Assembly: GCF_009914755.1 (NCBI RefSeq)
Contig: NC_060929.1
Strand: one strand, 5' to 3'
Length of the DNA: 64,000 nt
From: the human T2T-CHM13v2.0 reference genome, Homo sapiens
Shown: one piece after another, positions 41,331-56,191 of the stretch
Position numbering within the stretch: the stretch's first letter is position 1
Layout: every line of letters starts with the position of its first letter
Notes under the pieces: generated by a model
The model's database searches: none
The model's input: the letters and a program-made list of their open reading frames with translations, nothing else
What the model was told of the DNA's origin: nothing
Position numbers and translations under genes: made by a program

Positions 41331-42669
41331 AAAGACAGTCTTGCACTTGAACCTAAAATCCTAGCAGACTTTGGGATGTTATTGCCTCCTGAGGAACAGA
41401 CTTCTCATGCTGGGTTTCAGGGCTTTCCGTCCTTATCAAAGAGCTTTCCTTTTTGTAATCTACAACAGGTTATACCTTTCCTCAGCCAGAGACCACAACC
41501 CTGTTTATTAAAAAATGATTATCTTTATTCACTCTTTTGCCTACTTTGTGAAATAGCTGGTAAGTATGAGTCAGTGAAGGGCATGGTAAATTCTAGGTGG
41601 TTCCTACTTAATCCTGGGTACCTTGCTCCAGACATTTCAAAGTCAAGAAATGCTACTCCCCCTTCTTTTCTCAGATCATGAGAAGTCTACATTATTTCCA
41701 TGGAGAACACTGCCTCTGTCCTGTCAGTTTCATGGCACTCAGGGTAAGACTGGAGCCTTATGCTGGAAGAAAATCGCCACATCTCCCAGTGACATGCTCT
41801 AATTATTGCCAGTAGCATTTGGTGGAATGTATTTGGCACCATTCAAAGTGATCTATGTGACTGTCTGCATTTTCATTCCTTTGCAGACTGGAAAGATGTG
41901 CCTCTCTCAAGAGAAATCACTCACTGGGCCTCCAAAGAACTGTCTGGGTCCACCTGCTCTCAGATGAGTAAAAGGAGAGAGATGAAGTTTTACAAATGTA
42001 ATGAGAGCAGCAGTGGCCTGAATAGGAATTATAAGAGATGAACTGAAAGTGTGCTGGGCTTTTGCAACCCAGGAAATGGAAATGCAATAAACAGACCTCT
42101 GTTCTTTCATGCCAGGGTTGTGTAAATTTTTATTTTTCTATGGGAAATGCTATTAGATTGCGGAAATGACAATCAACATAGGAGACAAAGAGAGCCATGA
42201 AACATGAGAATAATTATTCAAGGTTAGTAAATCCATTTAATCCCAAATAGCATTAAAAAATAAGAAAAAACCTAGAGCCTACCTTATTTTCTACAATGAT
42301 GCTAAGTCCTAAGAATATTCACCCCCAAATGGGGAGCACTATGGGAAAGATAGAGGAGAGGCAACGCCTTATTTTGGTTATCAAATTTTCCATGCCCCTT
42401 GTAAAATAAATTCATACCTTCAAGAGGACATGGTACAGTTATCTTTAGTGATGAGGAAGAGATATACTGAAAATTTTCCCCAAATAAATCTTAATATACA
42501 TGCTAGTACAATAGAACCCACATATCCTTTTAATTAGGATGATAGTTTAGCTTACTATAGGACTCTTGGTCAAGAGATCTACAAACACCACCCTTCTGTA
42601 AGAAACCTACAAACACCACCTAATGCTGGTGGTCTCAGGGCATGATTGCAAGGCAATGAGGAAAATTCA

Positions 42670-42830
42670 AATCTAGTGGTCAGCTGCTCTGTCTCTGAGT
42701 AGTTTGGGCAAGTCCTCTAGTCTCTGCTAGCCCCAGTTTTCTCCATTATAAAGTGGTAATAAGAACTCAGAGATTTGTGGTGAAGCTTCCAGAAGAGAGT
42801 GCATACATGTTTAAGATAACAGGATATGTG
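42670..42830. mobile_element. MIR
   Basis: tttgggcaagtcctctagtctctgctagccccagttttctccattataaagtgg. Confidence 0.55.
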
Positions 42831-43339
42831 TATTTACCACTCTTTGTCTTTTCTATACTTATGAAGTATTTTTTTCAAAAGCATGAAATAATTATTGAAT
42901 CTGGGGTACATTTTTAATAAGACACATTTTAGAAACATGCCCTGTTAAAGTATATTGAGCTTATGTGGCCCTAAAAATTTACAAAGCATTTTTTACAAAA
43001 TGAAACCACCTTAACTGGTGAGGAAAGTTCCCCTCTATAAAGAATCATACTATCTTTTGGCAAAACAAACTAACAGTCCCTTCTCTGTTTCATCTGATTT
43101 GCATTTCAGGATTTTAAATGTCTTGGTTTAATATAAGTTATTATCATTTTCTACATGCAACCCATGAAAAAAGATAGGCCTGAAAGTTGATAGTTGTGAA
43201 TTTCTTTCCCAGCCTTATAATCAATATTTTGGGCAATTATATGACCCAGTTTCTCCATCTTTCTATCACCAACCCTGCTACCACTTACTAAAACACATTG
43301 GGACAATCATGTAATTTCTCTGGGCTTTAATTTTGTCAC

Positions 43340-43807
43340 TGGATTAATCAAGGTTCTCCAGAGAAACAGAACCAGTAGTATATATATAGAGAGAAAGAGA
43401 TTTATTTTAGAGAAATTGTCTCATATGATTGTGAGAGCTGGCAAGTTCAATATATGTAGGGCAAACTGGAAGCCTGGAACATGAGATAAGAATTGTTCTT
43501 GCAGTCTTGAGTTCAAAATCTGCAGAGCAGGCCAGCAGGCCAGGAACTCAGGAAGGACTTCTATGCTGCAGTTTTGAGGCAGAATTGCTGCTGCTTCAGA
43601 TAGCTTTAGTCTTTGTTCTTAAGGCCTTCAACTGATTTAATAAGGCCTACCCACATTATAACAGGTAATGCACTTTACTCAAAGTTAAATGATTATAAAT
43701 GTTAATCACATTGACAAACATCTTCACAGCAACATCTACACTAGTGTTTGACCAAGCAATTGGGCATCACAGCCTAGCCAAGTTGACATATAAAATAAAC
43801 CATCACA
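43340..43807 (-). mobile_element. MLT2 (ERVL) LTR
   Basis: ggttctccagagaaacagaaccagtag...gcctagccaagttgacatataaaataaaccatcaca. Confidence 0.88.
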
Positions 43808-43951
43808 CCCACTTGCAAATTAACTAGAAGTTACTGCCAAACTCTATGGCCCCCTTTGACTCTATTATTCTATAATTTTATTTTTTTATGATTCTTTCTT
43901 ATTTATATAGCTGCTCAAAATAGCAAAAGGAGGCATGTAATATTTACTTTC

Positions 43952-44222
43952 TTTTTTTTTTTTCCAGGCTGGAGAGCAGTGGTGCGATCTTGACTCACTG
44001 CAAGCTCCGCCTCCTAGGTTCACGTCATTCTCCTGCCTCAGCCTCCTGAGTAGCTGGGACTACAGGTGCCCGCCAACACGCCCGGCTAATTTTTTTGTAT
44101 TTTTAGTAGAGACGGGGTTTCACCATGTTAGCCAGAATGGTCTCGATCTCCTGACCTCGTGATCTGCCGGCCTTGGCCTCCCAAAGTGCTGGGATTATAG
44201 GCGTGAGCCACCGCGCCCAGCC
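43952..44222 (-). mobile_element. AluY-like element lacking ~22 nt before the tail
   Basis: gcaagctccgcctcc...ttagccagaatggtctcgatctcctgacctcgtgatc; TSD tactttc. Confidence 0.93.
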
Positions 44223-45469
44223 TACTTTCAATTTTTAATTCATGCAGACAGCTCAAGATATAGACCAACATTTTTTTCCCCACAAAACAGATGAGAAAAT
44301 ACCAATGGTTTTTAGTTACGGCATTAATAGTAGCCTGCCTCTGAAAATCAAATGCTTTTAGGCATAAATGAAAAGAGAAAAATGACCAATTGCAGTGGCT
44401 TCGTGCTACCACCAAAAGTTGTTTGTGTAATGCTCTGCTGTCCATCAAATTCATATAACACACAAAGCTGATGAACAAGGATACTCATCTGGAGCATTTT
44501 CTCACTTCATATCCTCTTCCACCCATAAAAATACATAACTCTTTGCTATGTATTTTCTTCCATTAGTTCATAATCTTTCTTAATCATTGGAGATATATAT
44601 TTTATTTTTGTCACTGAATTGATTTTGAATTATGTTCTGAAAAGCAAGGGTTTTTATAGATCAGAAAACTTTAGAACACATTTTTGTCAAATAATATTTT
44701 AAAAGAGGAACTTTTTCTAAAACAATTCTGCCAAATTATTTTTTTAAACACAGTGTTCTAAAACAAACACTTACAGAGTCAGACTTAAAACATGTCCAAA
44801 AGGGCAATAAAGAACCTTTGTGAAATTAACTATTAATAATAAATTTTTTTTTACCATTCTCTACAACTTTTATGTAGGTATTCCACCCAAAGAATTTTTC
44901 TGTGTTTTAAGGACAAAAATACTTTTGTACTTAAATTCAGAGTAGAAAAAAAGTGATGACCCTCTCTTTCCACCACCAGTTTAGCCCTGCAGAGTTGTCT
45001 GTCTTATCCCTCTTGTCCTCCCCTAGTCTACCTTTTATATGTCAACCCTAAACAAGCTAATTTACACTCACTGAATGTAATCTATTGGCTGGAATCACCA
45101 GCTATGGAATGCGGTGATTCAAATCCAGGTCTCCCCAGTCAATTACTGTGCGTTTCTTGGTATCTTTTTCTGAAGGATAAAGAATGATTATTTTCTCCTG
45201 GAGGTGGGGAAATGGAAGATGCTATGAAGCTTAATAAAGTAAGGAATTTAAAGTTTATTGAACAGACTGGAAGATTAAAAATTATACTTTTATGCTTCTT
45301 GCTCCCACCATGACTTTGCTCATGCACATGAAATAAATGTACTTCATGCTTTCATCTATCAAAATTCTTTCCATTCTAACCAACTCCTCTTTTCAATTTC
45401 CCTTACTATCCATAAGTAGAAGTAATCTTTCTTATCTCTGTACACTCATTGCGGTTTGTTTATAGTATT

Positions 45470-45730
45470 GTGTCTCTCATTCCCTAGCTAGTCTTAAAGC
45501 ATTATGTAGGCAGGGATGGTGTCATTTGACACTCTCTAATGTCTTTCACAGAGCCCAAGACATAATAAGGGCTCATTCTAATCATTCATTTTACTCACTT
45601 ATTTCATAAATATTTATTGAGTGTCTATAATGTGGTCTGTCTCAGAGAGAAAAAATAGAGCAGCAAGTCCCTGAACTCTTTGAGTTGATGCTCCAGGCAG
45701 AAAGTGGCAAATGATAGCTTTATGGCTCAA
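45470..45730. mobile_element. Two L2 3'-end fragments in tail-to-tail orientation
   Basis: ggcagggatggtgtc...cagagcccaagacataataagggctca, then aaatatttattgagtgtctataatgt...aagtccctgaactc. Confidence 0.55.
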
Positions 45731-46154
45731 TACATAAATGACTTGGCTGTATCTCTTATCTCAATGGCAAAACCCAAATTTTGCATCCCTATTTTTAGCA
45801 CTTGGGTAAGTAGCAAAGCACCAAAGACTTACACCTTAGTTTTGAAAATACATTTTAAAATAAAAATTGGTTTAGAATTGTTTTGTCTCTCTACACTCTT
45901 TCCCTTAATCTTTCCCACTCTATTGCTATCTTCCCTAATACAATAGGGAAGAAATCTGAAAATAACATGATAAACTCATCTAGATCTCCAGGGGTCATTA
46001 CTACAAAATGTTTGATTTCTCAGAGCTTGGGGATTGGTGGAGGTGGGAGTAGCCTGGGAAGGGAGAGGGAAACTGTTTTAAATTCATGTGCAGAGTAAAA
46101 AAAATCCTGGAACTATTCTACCCATCACTGCCAAAAGCTTAGGACCATTGTACA

Positions 46155-46640
46155 CCAATACTTCTAGAAGCATTATTCACAATTCCCAAAAGGTGGAAAC
46201 AATACAAATGTTCATTGACAGATGAATGGATAAACAAAATGTGGTATATACATACAATGGGATATCATTCAGCCTTAAAAAGAAATGAAATTCTAACACC
46301 TGCCACAACATGGATAAAACTTGAAGACATTATGCTATGTGAAATAAGCCAGACACAAAAGGACAAATATCTTATAATTCCACTTATATGAGATACCCAA
46401 AATAATCAAGTTCATAAAGGCAGAAAGTAGAATAGCAGTTATTAGGGTCTGGGGCAGGGAGAAACAAGGACTTTTTGTTTAACAGGTACAGAGTTTCAGT
46501 TTGGGATCCTGAAAAGTTTCTGGAGATAGATAGTGGTGGTTGCACAACAATGTGAATGTTCTTAATGCCACTGGACTGTACCCAAAATGGTTAAGATGGT
46601 CAATTGTATATTATGTGTACTTCACTAAAATAAAAAAAAT
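46155..46640 (+). mobile_element. L1MB3-like 3' end
   Basis: agcattattcacaat...gtgaaataagccagacacaaaaggacaaat...cttaatgccactggactgtac. Confidence 0.88.
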
Positions 46641-46700
46641 GACCAGTGACTCTGTTGGGCAAATTTACCCTATTTCTTTTATCAGTTATAAAGTAGCCAT

Positions 46701-47285
46701 TGTAACCACTTAGTTTTAATAATAGTTTATTCTCCACCTGATGACTACCAAGAGCGCATCTCAAGTTGAACAAATTGAACTTATCACTTGTTGCGCTGAG
46801 TGAGAATGTGCATCATGGGAACCTGGGACACCTTAGAAAGAGGATGTTAGAAAGAACTTAAAATATTTGAGCTTGCCTTAGGTGATTTGGAAGAGAGTTT
46901 AAGAAAGTGGAGCTTCATTCTGATTTGGATGGTGTCAAAAAGTAAGGAGAAGGTAATTCTATAATTAGGTATCATGATAAACCTTATCTAGAATGAAGAA
47001 ACACTGGACTAAGGCTAAATCTGTAATGGTAAAGAAATAGGAGTCATTCATTAGAATAGAATAGTGGGTCATTTTTGTGGTGTAAGACAGTATTAATATT
47101 TTATTTTCAGGCATGATTACAAAGACTTCATATTCTTTTCTTTTCTTGATTTACCAAGGTCACAGAGTGGACCTGTATGATGCTAATGATCCAGAGCATG
47201 TTTTTGTTCAACAGGTGGACACCAAGGCCTAGCTGATAGTACCAGGAGAGCTCCTAGATGCCAGGGACTATTTTGCACTTTCTCA
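46701..47285 (-). mobile_element. Old ERV1-class LTR (family uncertain)
   Basis: Starts tgtaac; ttatcacttgttgcgctgagtgagaatgtgcatcatgggaacc resembles old ERV1 LTR antisense. Confidence 0.4.
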
Positions 47286-48639
47286 TAAATAAATAGAAGG
47301 ACACAGTCCGGTCTAATTTACCTGGGGTTCCAAGAGTCCTAGTCTAGTGGACCTTTGTCAATGATAGACACTACTGGCAACTTTGACATGTACTTCCCAT
47401 CAATGACATTTTAACTTACATTTTACAGCAAAAGCAAATTGATGCAACAAAGTAAATTATATTCCTGTGTGTGCAAGCTGATTGTTGTTCTTCCACAGGT
47501 ATGCCCTGCAAGACTTTTTGTATATTTCTGTCATTCTCAAATAGTCTCTCAGCTACACAGAAGCAAAGACAATCCCTGTTGCAGGGTAACTCATTCAATT
47601 TGCATTTCTTTCCAGCCTCTTCTTGCAAACCCCAAAGGCAATCATCTATATCTAGGGCTGTCTGACAGACACAGGTAATGCTGTGGGACACTCTAGCACC
47701 TTGGGGAAAGAGATTCTGAGAAGAAAAGTTAGATAATGAGCTCTCCATCTAGCTCTAGTCCTAGAACTGCAGTTCAGCCTCTGGAAGAGTGTGTCAGAAA
47801 TATGGACATGGTGTGAGAGGCAGGACAGATGTCTTGCTGTTCAGAGAACTCAGAGCAATCTCAGCACTTGGAAAAAGAATAATTAGAGACTGATTTTTTT
47901 ATAATTATTGATTTTTTCTGGCTGTCAGTTTAGCAACATTTAAGACTACAGCTTTGCCTAATAAAGGTTTACTCTAAAGAACAGTCACCTCCATTCAGTA
48001 CTGAACCCTTCTTTACAGCTTTATGTAACTGCTAATCCATAAGTATGATTTTTTCTTTTTGTTTTCATCTTATAAAGAATTTAAAAATTGGAGCTATTTC
48101 TTTTCATACTTGAGCTCAATGGCTCAAATGTAACCAAGCATTAAGGAAATGTTACCATATCCCATTAAATTGAAGAGGTTAATTCCACATAATTTATAGC
48201 ACCTTGATTTTATTAATCAACACTGTAATATTTGGGCATATCACTCCTATCAAAGAGATTTTAAGGATAAGAGCAGCATGGGGGAAAATAAAGCAGAATG
48301 CATTTAATTTTTTCTTCATCCCATGAAAAAAAAAGTTGTATTTAAAAAGTTATTTATATTTTCAAAAACATAAGAAAAAATATAAAATGCCCAGGTCCTG
48401 CTTTTTTTTATTTTTATTTTTTGGAAACACAGAAATTTGAGGGATTTTACAAGTCATAAGCTACAGAAACTGAGTAGCTGTCCACAACTTTAGTGCTGAA
48501 TACAAACAGATTCATAATTTGCTCTTGGCATGTGTTTGTCCTGGCTTGTATTGTAAGCCTTTAACTACATCAGTATGGTGATAAATACCAAACTTTTTTG
48601 TGGTTCACAACCAAATCTTCCTTTTGGCCCTGTCTTTGA

Positions 48640-48835
48640 AAACATTTTGTGATGAAAAAGTTCAAACAAAAAAGTAGAAAATATAGTTAATAAACCTCCA
48701 CATCTCCCTCACTGGTCTCAGTAATTATCAGCTTATGGGCAATTTTAATTATTTCACATACTTCCCTTCCAAGCTGGATTATTTTGAAGTAAAGTCCATA
48801 TATGATAACAACATTTCATCCATATTTCAATATAT
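48640..48835 (-). mobile_element. Old L1MC/L1ME 3' fragment
   Basis: aaagttcaaacaaaaaagtagaaaatatag...ggattattttgaagtaaagtcc. Confidence 0.5.
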
Positions 48836-48986
48836 TAAATTAATAACTATTGTATTTACAAACAGTCCATTCAGATTTAAAAATCACCAATGATTGGCTG
48901 AATTAACTGATTAAATTTTTCTGACTTAACAGATTAGTCACCTGGATACAATATAAATGTGAAGCTTTAAGCTTTAAGTTCTCTCC

Positions 48987-49177
48987 TTTTTTTTTTTTTC
49001 TTTTTTTGTCGCCCAGGAGACAAAAAAAAATCTGCTGCCCATTGCAACCTCTGCCTCCTGGAAGACGGGGTTTCACCATGTCGGCCAGGCTAGTCCCAAA
49101 CTCCTGACCTCAGGTGATGCACCCACCTCGGCCTCCCAAAGTGCTGGGATTACAGGCGTGAGCCACTGTGCCCAGCC
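48987..49177 (-). mobile_element. Rearranged, internally deleted AluS
   Basis: Intact left monomer; right monomer mostly deleted or scrambled; TSD agttctctc/agtcctctc. Confidence 0.88.
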
Positions 49178-50423
49178 AGTCCTCTCTTTTTATTAACTTA
49201 ATCGTATCTAGATAAATGCATAGATAAATGCATCGTAGGGAAATTATGAAAAGTGAAATTAAAGCTTCATGAACATAGATCATCCTAAATTCAAAGTAAC
49301 CACAAACTCCGGTTGTGTAATCACTATGGACATACATCGTTAAAAAGATAATTAGTTTCCCTGTATCCATGTATGTCATCACTGCAATTACAGTGTAGTG
49401 TAATCATTGCCTTTATTCCAAATAATGTAAAGCCTTTTATATTAAAATGATTGAAGTTTGTGTATTTTTATCACAATGTTGGTCCCTTTTTTTTAAAAAA
49501 AAAGCAAAATAAAATACATCCATCTCTAATAAACAAATGGATCTAGTCCTCATCTTGTTCACTATACTATATATATTTTACATATGGGCAATAATATAAT
49601 TTTACTTAATTACTGTATTTAGCTTGAAAATAGCATTTGACAAAATATTTAAAAAGTTTGTAGATTTCCTTATAAATATATAAAGACATTTTTACTGTTA
49701 TAGAGAAATGGCATATTTCTAAGAAATAGGAATACATTATCTAATAATTATATAATAACAACATTTCAACTGAGTGCTAAAATGCTATATTTGGAATCAA
49801 AGTATCTTTGAAAGGTTATATAAAGAGCTTGTTAATAAACTTGCCTTTACACACACTGCAGAAAGTGTTATAAAATTCATACTACATTAAATAAGAACAA
49901 ATTATGAATACAAAATGGCTTAGGAGCAGCTTCCTCGGCTTCAGAAAAGACAATTGTGGGCCCAGATAAGGTGAAGGCCAAAATTTATTTTAAATCATAC
50001 AACAGCTGACAGAAAGGTCCAAAAGGAGAACTGCAAATAGCACAATGCCTTATTTCCCTGGCTGAATGATTCGAATTTATAAAGCATAGTAGAAGAGAAT
50101 AGGACAGATGAAAAAATATAACTCAAGAAGAAATCCCTGCATATACATCATGGTGGGATGAGGAAGTTATAGAGATACCTTCATAAAATTAGTAAGCATT
50201 CATCCTCCAAATTAATGAGTTTAGTAGAAAGCCCACATAGGGCACTGAAAAATGGCATACTTCTCAAAGTGAATAATGCTGGTTTGCAGACACAAAGGGT
50301 CATAAGACTAATCTTGATTTTGCATGGGAATTTGAAAATACAATACTCAAATTTATGGTTAGGTAATGTGGCCACCTGCAGGCTGTTAAGCAACAGAGGA
50401 AGAATATCCCGTTCTTATGGTTA

Positions 50424-50861
<438 letters not shown>

Positions 50862-53807
50862 TTATTATACCTCATTAACTTTGATTACTGATATTGAAAA
50901 AGAATAGATTTACTATTATTGCTTTTCATCTTATTCTTGCCTTCTTTAACAAGCATTGAAAAATCTGAGATGTTGCTTTTGGCTAAGAGACATAGGGTTA
51001 GGTAAATTCGGCATTAGAAAAAGAGTGGGCCTGAGTTGACTGCAGTTCATTACAATGGCTACAAAGGGGATTGGGAGACCTGCGCCTAGTCAAAAACCAT
51101 TGTGAAATAAAATATATTAAATAGCTGTTGGAAATAATCATAAGTCAATTTGAAGGAAGTGCATTTCAGTATGTAATATGTTTAATGAAGTGATTTGATA
51201 GTAGGACATATGTTAAGTTAATAATCATGGGAGAAATTAAAATATAAACAGTTTTTAAATTATGTGGACAGATTTCATTTAAAGCAAATATTAGCAGGTC
51301 AACTAATGAGTAGTGTAATGCAATGGTTTCAGAACAAGAACCAATCATTTCAAGTGTCTGTCACTGGTAAGTATTAACTATTTTAATGTTAGCATATAGA
51401 TTAGCCTGTATAATCTGTGCTGGAAGCAATGGACTGGAGAAGGAAGTCAAGGAGAGGAAAGAATAATTAGAGGGAAATTGTGATAAAGGGTGAAATGGAA
51501 TGACTATGAAATTAATCATGAACATTTTTGACCGTTCTTTACAACAAAAAGTAAAATAGAAATTTGTAAATTATTTAGCTAATATAACTATTGCAGAAAA
51601 TTTCACTGACTAATTTAAATCAAGATACCAAATCTCACTCTAAAGACTCTTATTTGATAACACTAATTAGTTTGTCCCTCTTCCCTTAACCTTCTGTTGC
51701 ATGGATACTCCCTACAGCTAACTTCTAAGAAAACACCAAGATTAAAATGGGGGTAATTCATTCAATTATTTAGATATTTTGCTTACATAAGTAAAGCCTG
51801 AGGTTCTCTTCTTCTTCATTTAGATATTTTGGCAGTAAATATTATTTTAATAGAAATCAATCTGAGGTAGTAATTTTTGTTTTGTCAGGGACATATGGCA
51901 GCCCAAAAGAGGGTGAAAAATAACATATTAAAAATAAACTTAAATATTTTAAAAATAGTATTAAAATATATCTTCATCTGACATAATAACTAAAATAGAA
52001 ATTAATCAGACATACTCAGTGACACATACTTGCTGCCATTTGAAAAAATAACTACAGGATGGAAGCCAGGCCAACTAATAATATTAGGTAACAATTACTG
52101 TGTCCTGAATATATGCTGTAGGCACCAGAGCAGTGCATTATGTATATGATTCTGTTATATCCTCACATGGGGATTAAGATGCATTAACCTATCAGTGCTC
52201 ATGGCCCCATCTCCAGGCTCGAACTTGCAATTGAGTCTGAGAAATGTAAAGGTCTCAATGATATTCTCTCAAAATGTATTTCTCATTTGGTTAACTGTAG
52301 CCATGGTCTACATGTTTCTTTTGCTAATGTACTAAATATGCCAAAACTTTCCCTCTACAACCATAGGTCTTTTTTCAATCTCTTAGTATATTTTTCTAAT
52401 AATTTCATTTCTCCTGTGCTCACTATCTTGTGATATTAAGGGGTAAGGGTGTGGAAGAGTCCAGGCATAGCACCCTGGTTGCCAGTTAGATGTTCATCCA
52501 TGGTTTTGAATCATGAGTATGATTGATAAACCTGAAATTCGTTTTCAGGTGGGTTTTGCTGTTAATTTTTAGCTCCTTGTCTGATCTTCAATCCAATCTA
52601 GATATCTATGTTTGATATTATTCTTCAATGATTTAAAATTCAAGGACAAGATTTGTGTACCTCTAGTTCATCTTTATTTTTTTCGAATCTAAATTAATAT
52701 TTTCCCCCTTCTCTCTTTTTCTTTCTTTTCTAACTAGCATACATCCTAAGTCTTTTATATTGCACAATAATCCAGACCAAGACTATTTCTATGATTGGTC
52801 AAAATATTAAACAGTAGCATAAATATCTCATCGTAAGCCCTTATTAAGTTATTAGTAAACTAACCTCTTCTATGGGTGTAGAAGAGCTCTGTACTGACTC
52901 CCAGGCTCTGTGTTTGAGAAGGAGGCTACAGCAGATGAATTGACAATAACACAGGAAGCAGCAGGAGGGAGAGAGTGTGGTGGGTCTCCAGCTGCTTCTA
53001 CACAACAGAACTTCTTTGGGTTACTTATCACTGACACCAAACTTCAGATTGGAATACAATAATGTTATTTACCTTCTATAACCCCCCTTCTCCCCTGCCC
53101 CCACACTCCTATACTTCAGTTTTTCCTTTTCCTTTTGTGAATCATTTTTCCCTTCACAATGCCATTGTTTATTTTAACCAAACTTCAGATATATGGTAAC
53201 CTTCAGTGTGAATTGCTCTGTCCCCAATTCCTCCCACCCATCCTCCAAGGTGTTATGTTTTAATGTGTATGTGCTTGATTGCCATGGCTTTTGATAGATT
53301 TACTCTACATCACCTCTTCCCAGGGTCCCAAAGACCTGAAAGAGTTATATAGGTCAAATTGAAGTTGGGTAGAAAGTTGGGGAGAGGAGGAGAGGAGAAG
53401 GAGGATCTGAATATTTTTTAAATGATCATATTAAGTCCATTAAGATAAGTGCACTCCTAGACAAACATTATTCCTATCTGATGAATAACTTCCTCAAAGA
53501 CTGGGTGTGTAGGTTAGAAAGGGTTCTGGGTTACTAATTAAGGTTAGAGTATAAAAAGCAGGATTAAATATGATTAAGAGCACATTTCTATGATTGAAAC
53601 ATTATTATTTTATGTTGAATGCATTTGTCACTGGCAAGAGTGTAGTCCAAAGGATGTTCAAATCTGTAATAAATGTTCATACATTTTGAGTGTTGTTCCA
53701 CTATAGCATGCATCTAGAAATTCAAATGGACAGTTTCTTTTGTAGCTTATTTGAAGGCTATAAAGCTATTTGATTTATAAATCTCTTCCCTTTTGCATCC
53801 CCCTATA

Positions 53808-53809
<2 letters not shown>

Positions 53810-53844
<35 letters not shown>
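53810..53844. repeat. (TG)n microsatellite
   Basis: Directly visible perfect repeat. Confidence 0.97.
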
Positions 53845-53847
<3 letters not shown>

Positions 53848-54246
53848 TTGTATTAAGATCTTTACTGAGATGGACTATGAAATTACTGATATTCAAAAAA
53901 TCCACAAATATTAAATTAAATTTAGTCAATCTAAATAAGTTTTCAGCACAGTTTTAACTTTAGCTGGATTAAACTTTGTGATAATCCTGTATTGCATTCC
54001 TCTAAATAATTTTTCAGTTTTAAAATAATCAAAGCCAGTATGAGTGACTTTTAGAATTTGGCTGCTCCACATTAAAAAGAAAATTTGACCCTGTAGCCCT
54101 GTGAAATGATTTTTTGGGGAAGATAGACATGTCTTTCTATGCCATGATGCTTCCTGAAAAAGAATTAGACTTGATAAAATTTCTCCTTGCTCACAGCTAC
54201 TACCACCTATTTCTTCTTGGGCTATGATTCTTTAGTTTTGTCTCCA

Positions 54247-54868
54247 TGTATTGGGAGAGTTGAATAACTAATCGTAGTGTAAATGTAACAGGAGAACAAA
54301 AGTACACTAGATATTTTCAACCAAGAGATTCCAATAAAAGGAAACTGTTAAATAGATGTTGGAGAACTGAAAAGAAAACCTAAAAATGAACACTACAGTA
54401 ATCATTGCAAGAACCTGCTGTCATCTCTAGAGCTGAGGAAGCAAAGACAACAATTTGAGGTTATCAGAACCCAGATGCTTGGAGCAGTGGTTCTGAAGAG
54501 CAGTATCTCTGAAAGACTGACATTGCCCAGCTTATTTGGGCACCTCTTAGGGAGATGAGACTCATTCTAGAAGTGTGACCATTCTGGAAATTTAGAAAAA
54601 TAGCTGGGATCTTTCCCCTCTGCTGCTGCCAGTGAGAAAGAATTGCTAGGGCAATGCCAATAAAACCATCAACCTAAACAAAAAAGATTGAAGTCCCTCC
54701 TTCCACTTCCTGCCTTCCAGTATCTCTTAGTGCCCCCTATTGGCAGAACCTGACAAAGAACCAGCTGGCAAAACAGAAGTATAATTTGCAGAGTTCCATT
54801 ATCTCAGATCAGAGATATGGAAGAGTGGATTTGTCGTCACCAAGGAAGAACAGCCTAGTAACTGGCAG
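54247..54868 (-). mobile_element. Old LTR (LTR78/79-like)
   Basis: caggagaacaaaagtacactagatattttcaacc...ccctattggcagaacctgacaaagaaccagctggcaa. Confidence 0.45.
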
Positions 54869-54869
54869 G

Positions 54870-55417
54870 TGTGGTAGACAAAATAATGATACCTCCAACA
54901 GTATCCACATCTGAATCTTTGAAACCTGTGAAAATGTTACCTTACATGGCAAAAGAGACTTTGCAGATTTAAATAAGTTAAGGCTCTTGAAATGGAGAGA
55001 CTATTCTAAACTATTTGAATGGGCTCGATAGAATTATAAATGTCCTTATAAGAGGAAGGCAGGAAAGTCAGAGTCAGAGAAAGAGATGTGAGGTCAGAAG
55101 CGAAAAGAAGCAGGAGGGAGAGAGGGAAAGAAGGAAGGAGGGAAAATGAGAGGGAGATGTAAATGTGCCATTCCACTGGCTTTGGGGATGGAGGAAAGGG
55201 CATGAGCCAAGGCATGCACATGCAGGAAGCCTCTAGAAGCTGGAAAAGGCAGAGAAATAGATTTCCTTCTAGGGCCTTCAGAGGAAATGCAGTTCTGCCA
55301 ATACCTTGGTTTTAGTCTCATAAGACCCGTTTTGAAATTCCGACCTCCTCCTTTTGTTATTTTAAGCCACTATTTTTGTGGTAAGTTTTTATAGAAGCAT
55401 AGCACTGAATTATAACA
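54870..55417 (+). mobile_element. MLT1D-like MaLR LTR
   Basis: tgtggtagacaaaataatg...aatgttaccttacatggcaaaagagactttgcagat...ctagaagctggaaaaggc. Confidence 0.82.
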
Positions 55418-55494
55418 TTTTGAAGGTAGAGAAGTAAAGAACATCTTTGCCCCCAAAAAGGCCATTCTTAGGCATGGGCTTCTGCCATGTCTGA

Positions 55495-56190
<696 letters not shown>

Positions 56191-56191
56191 C

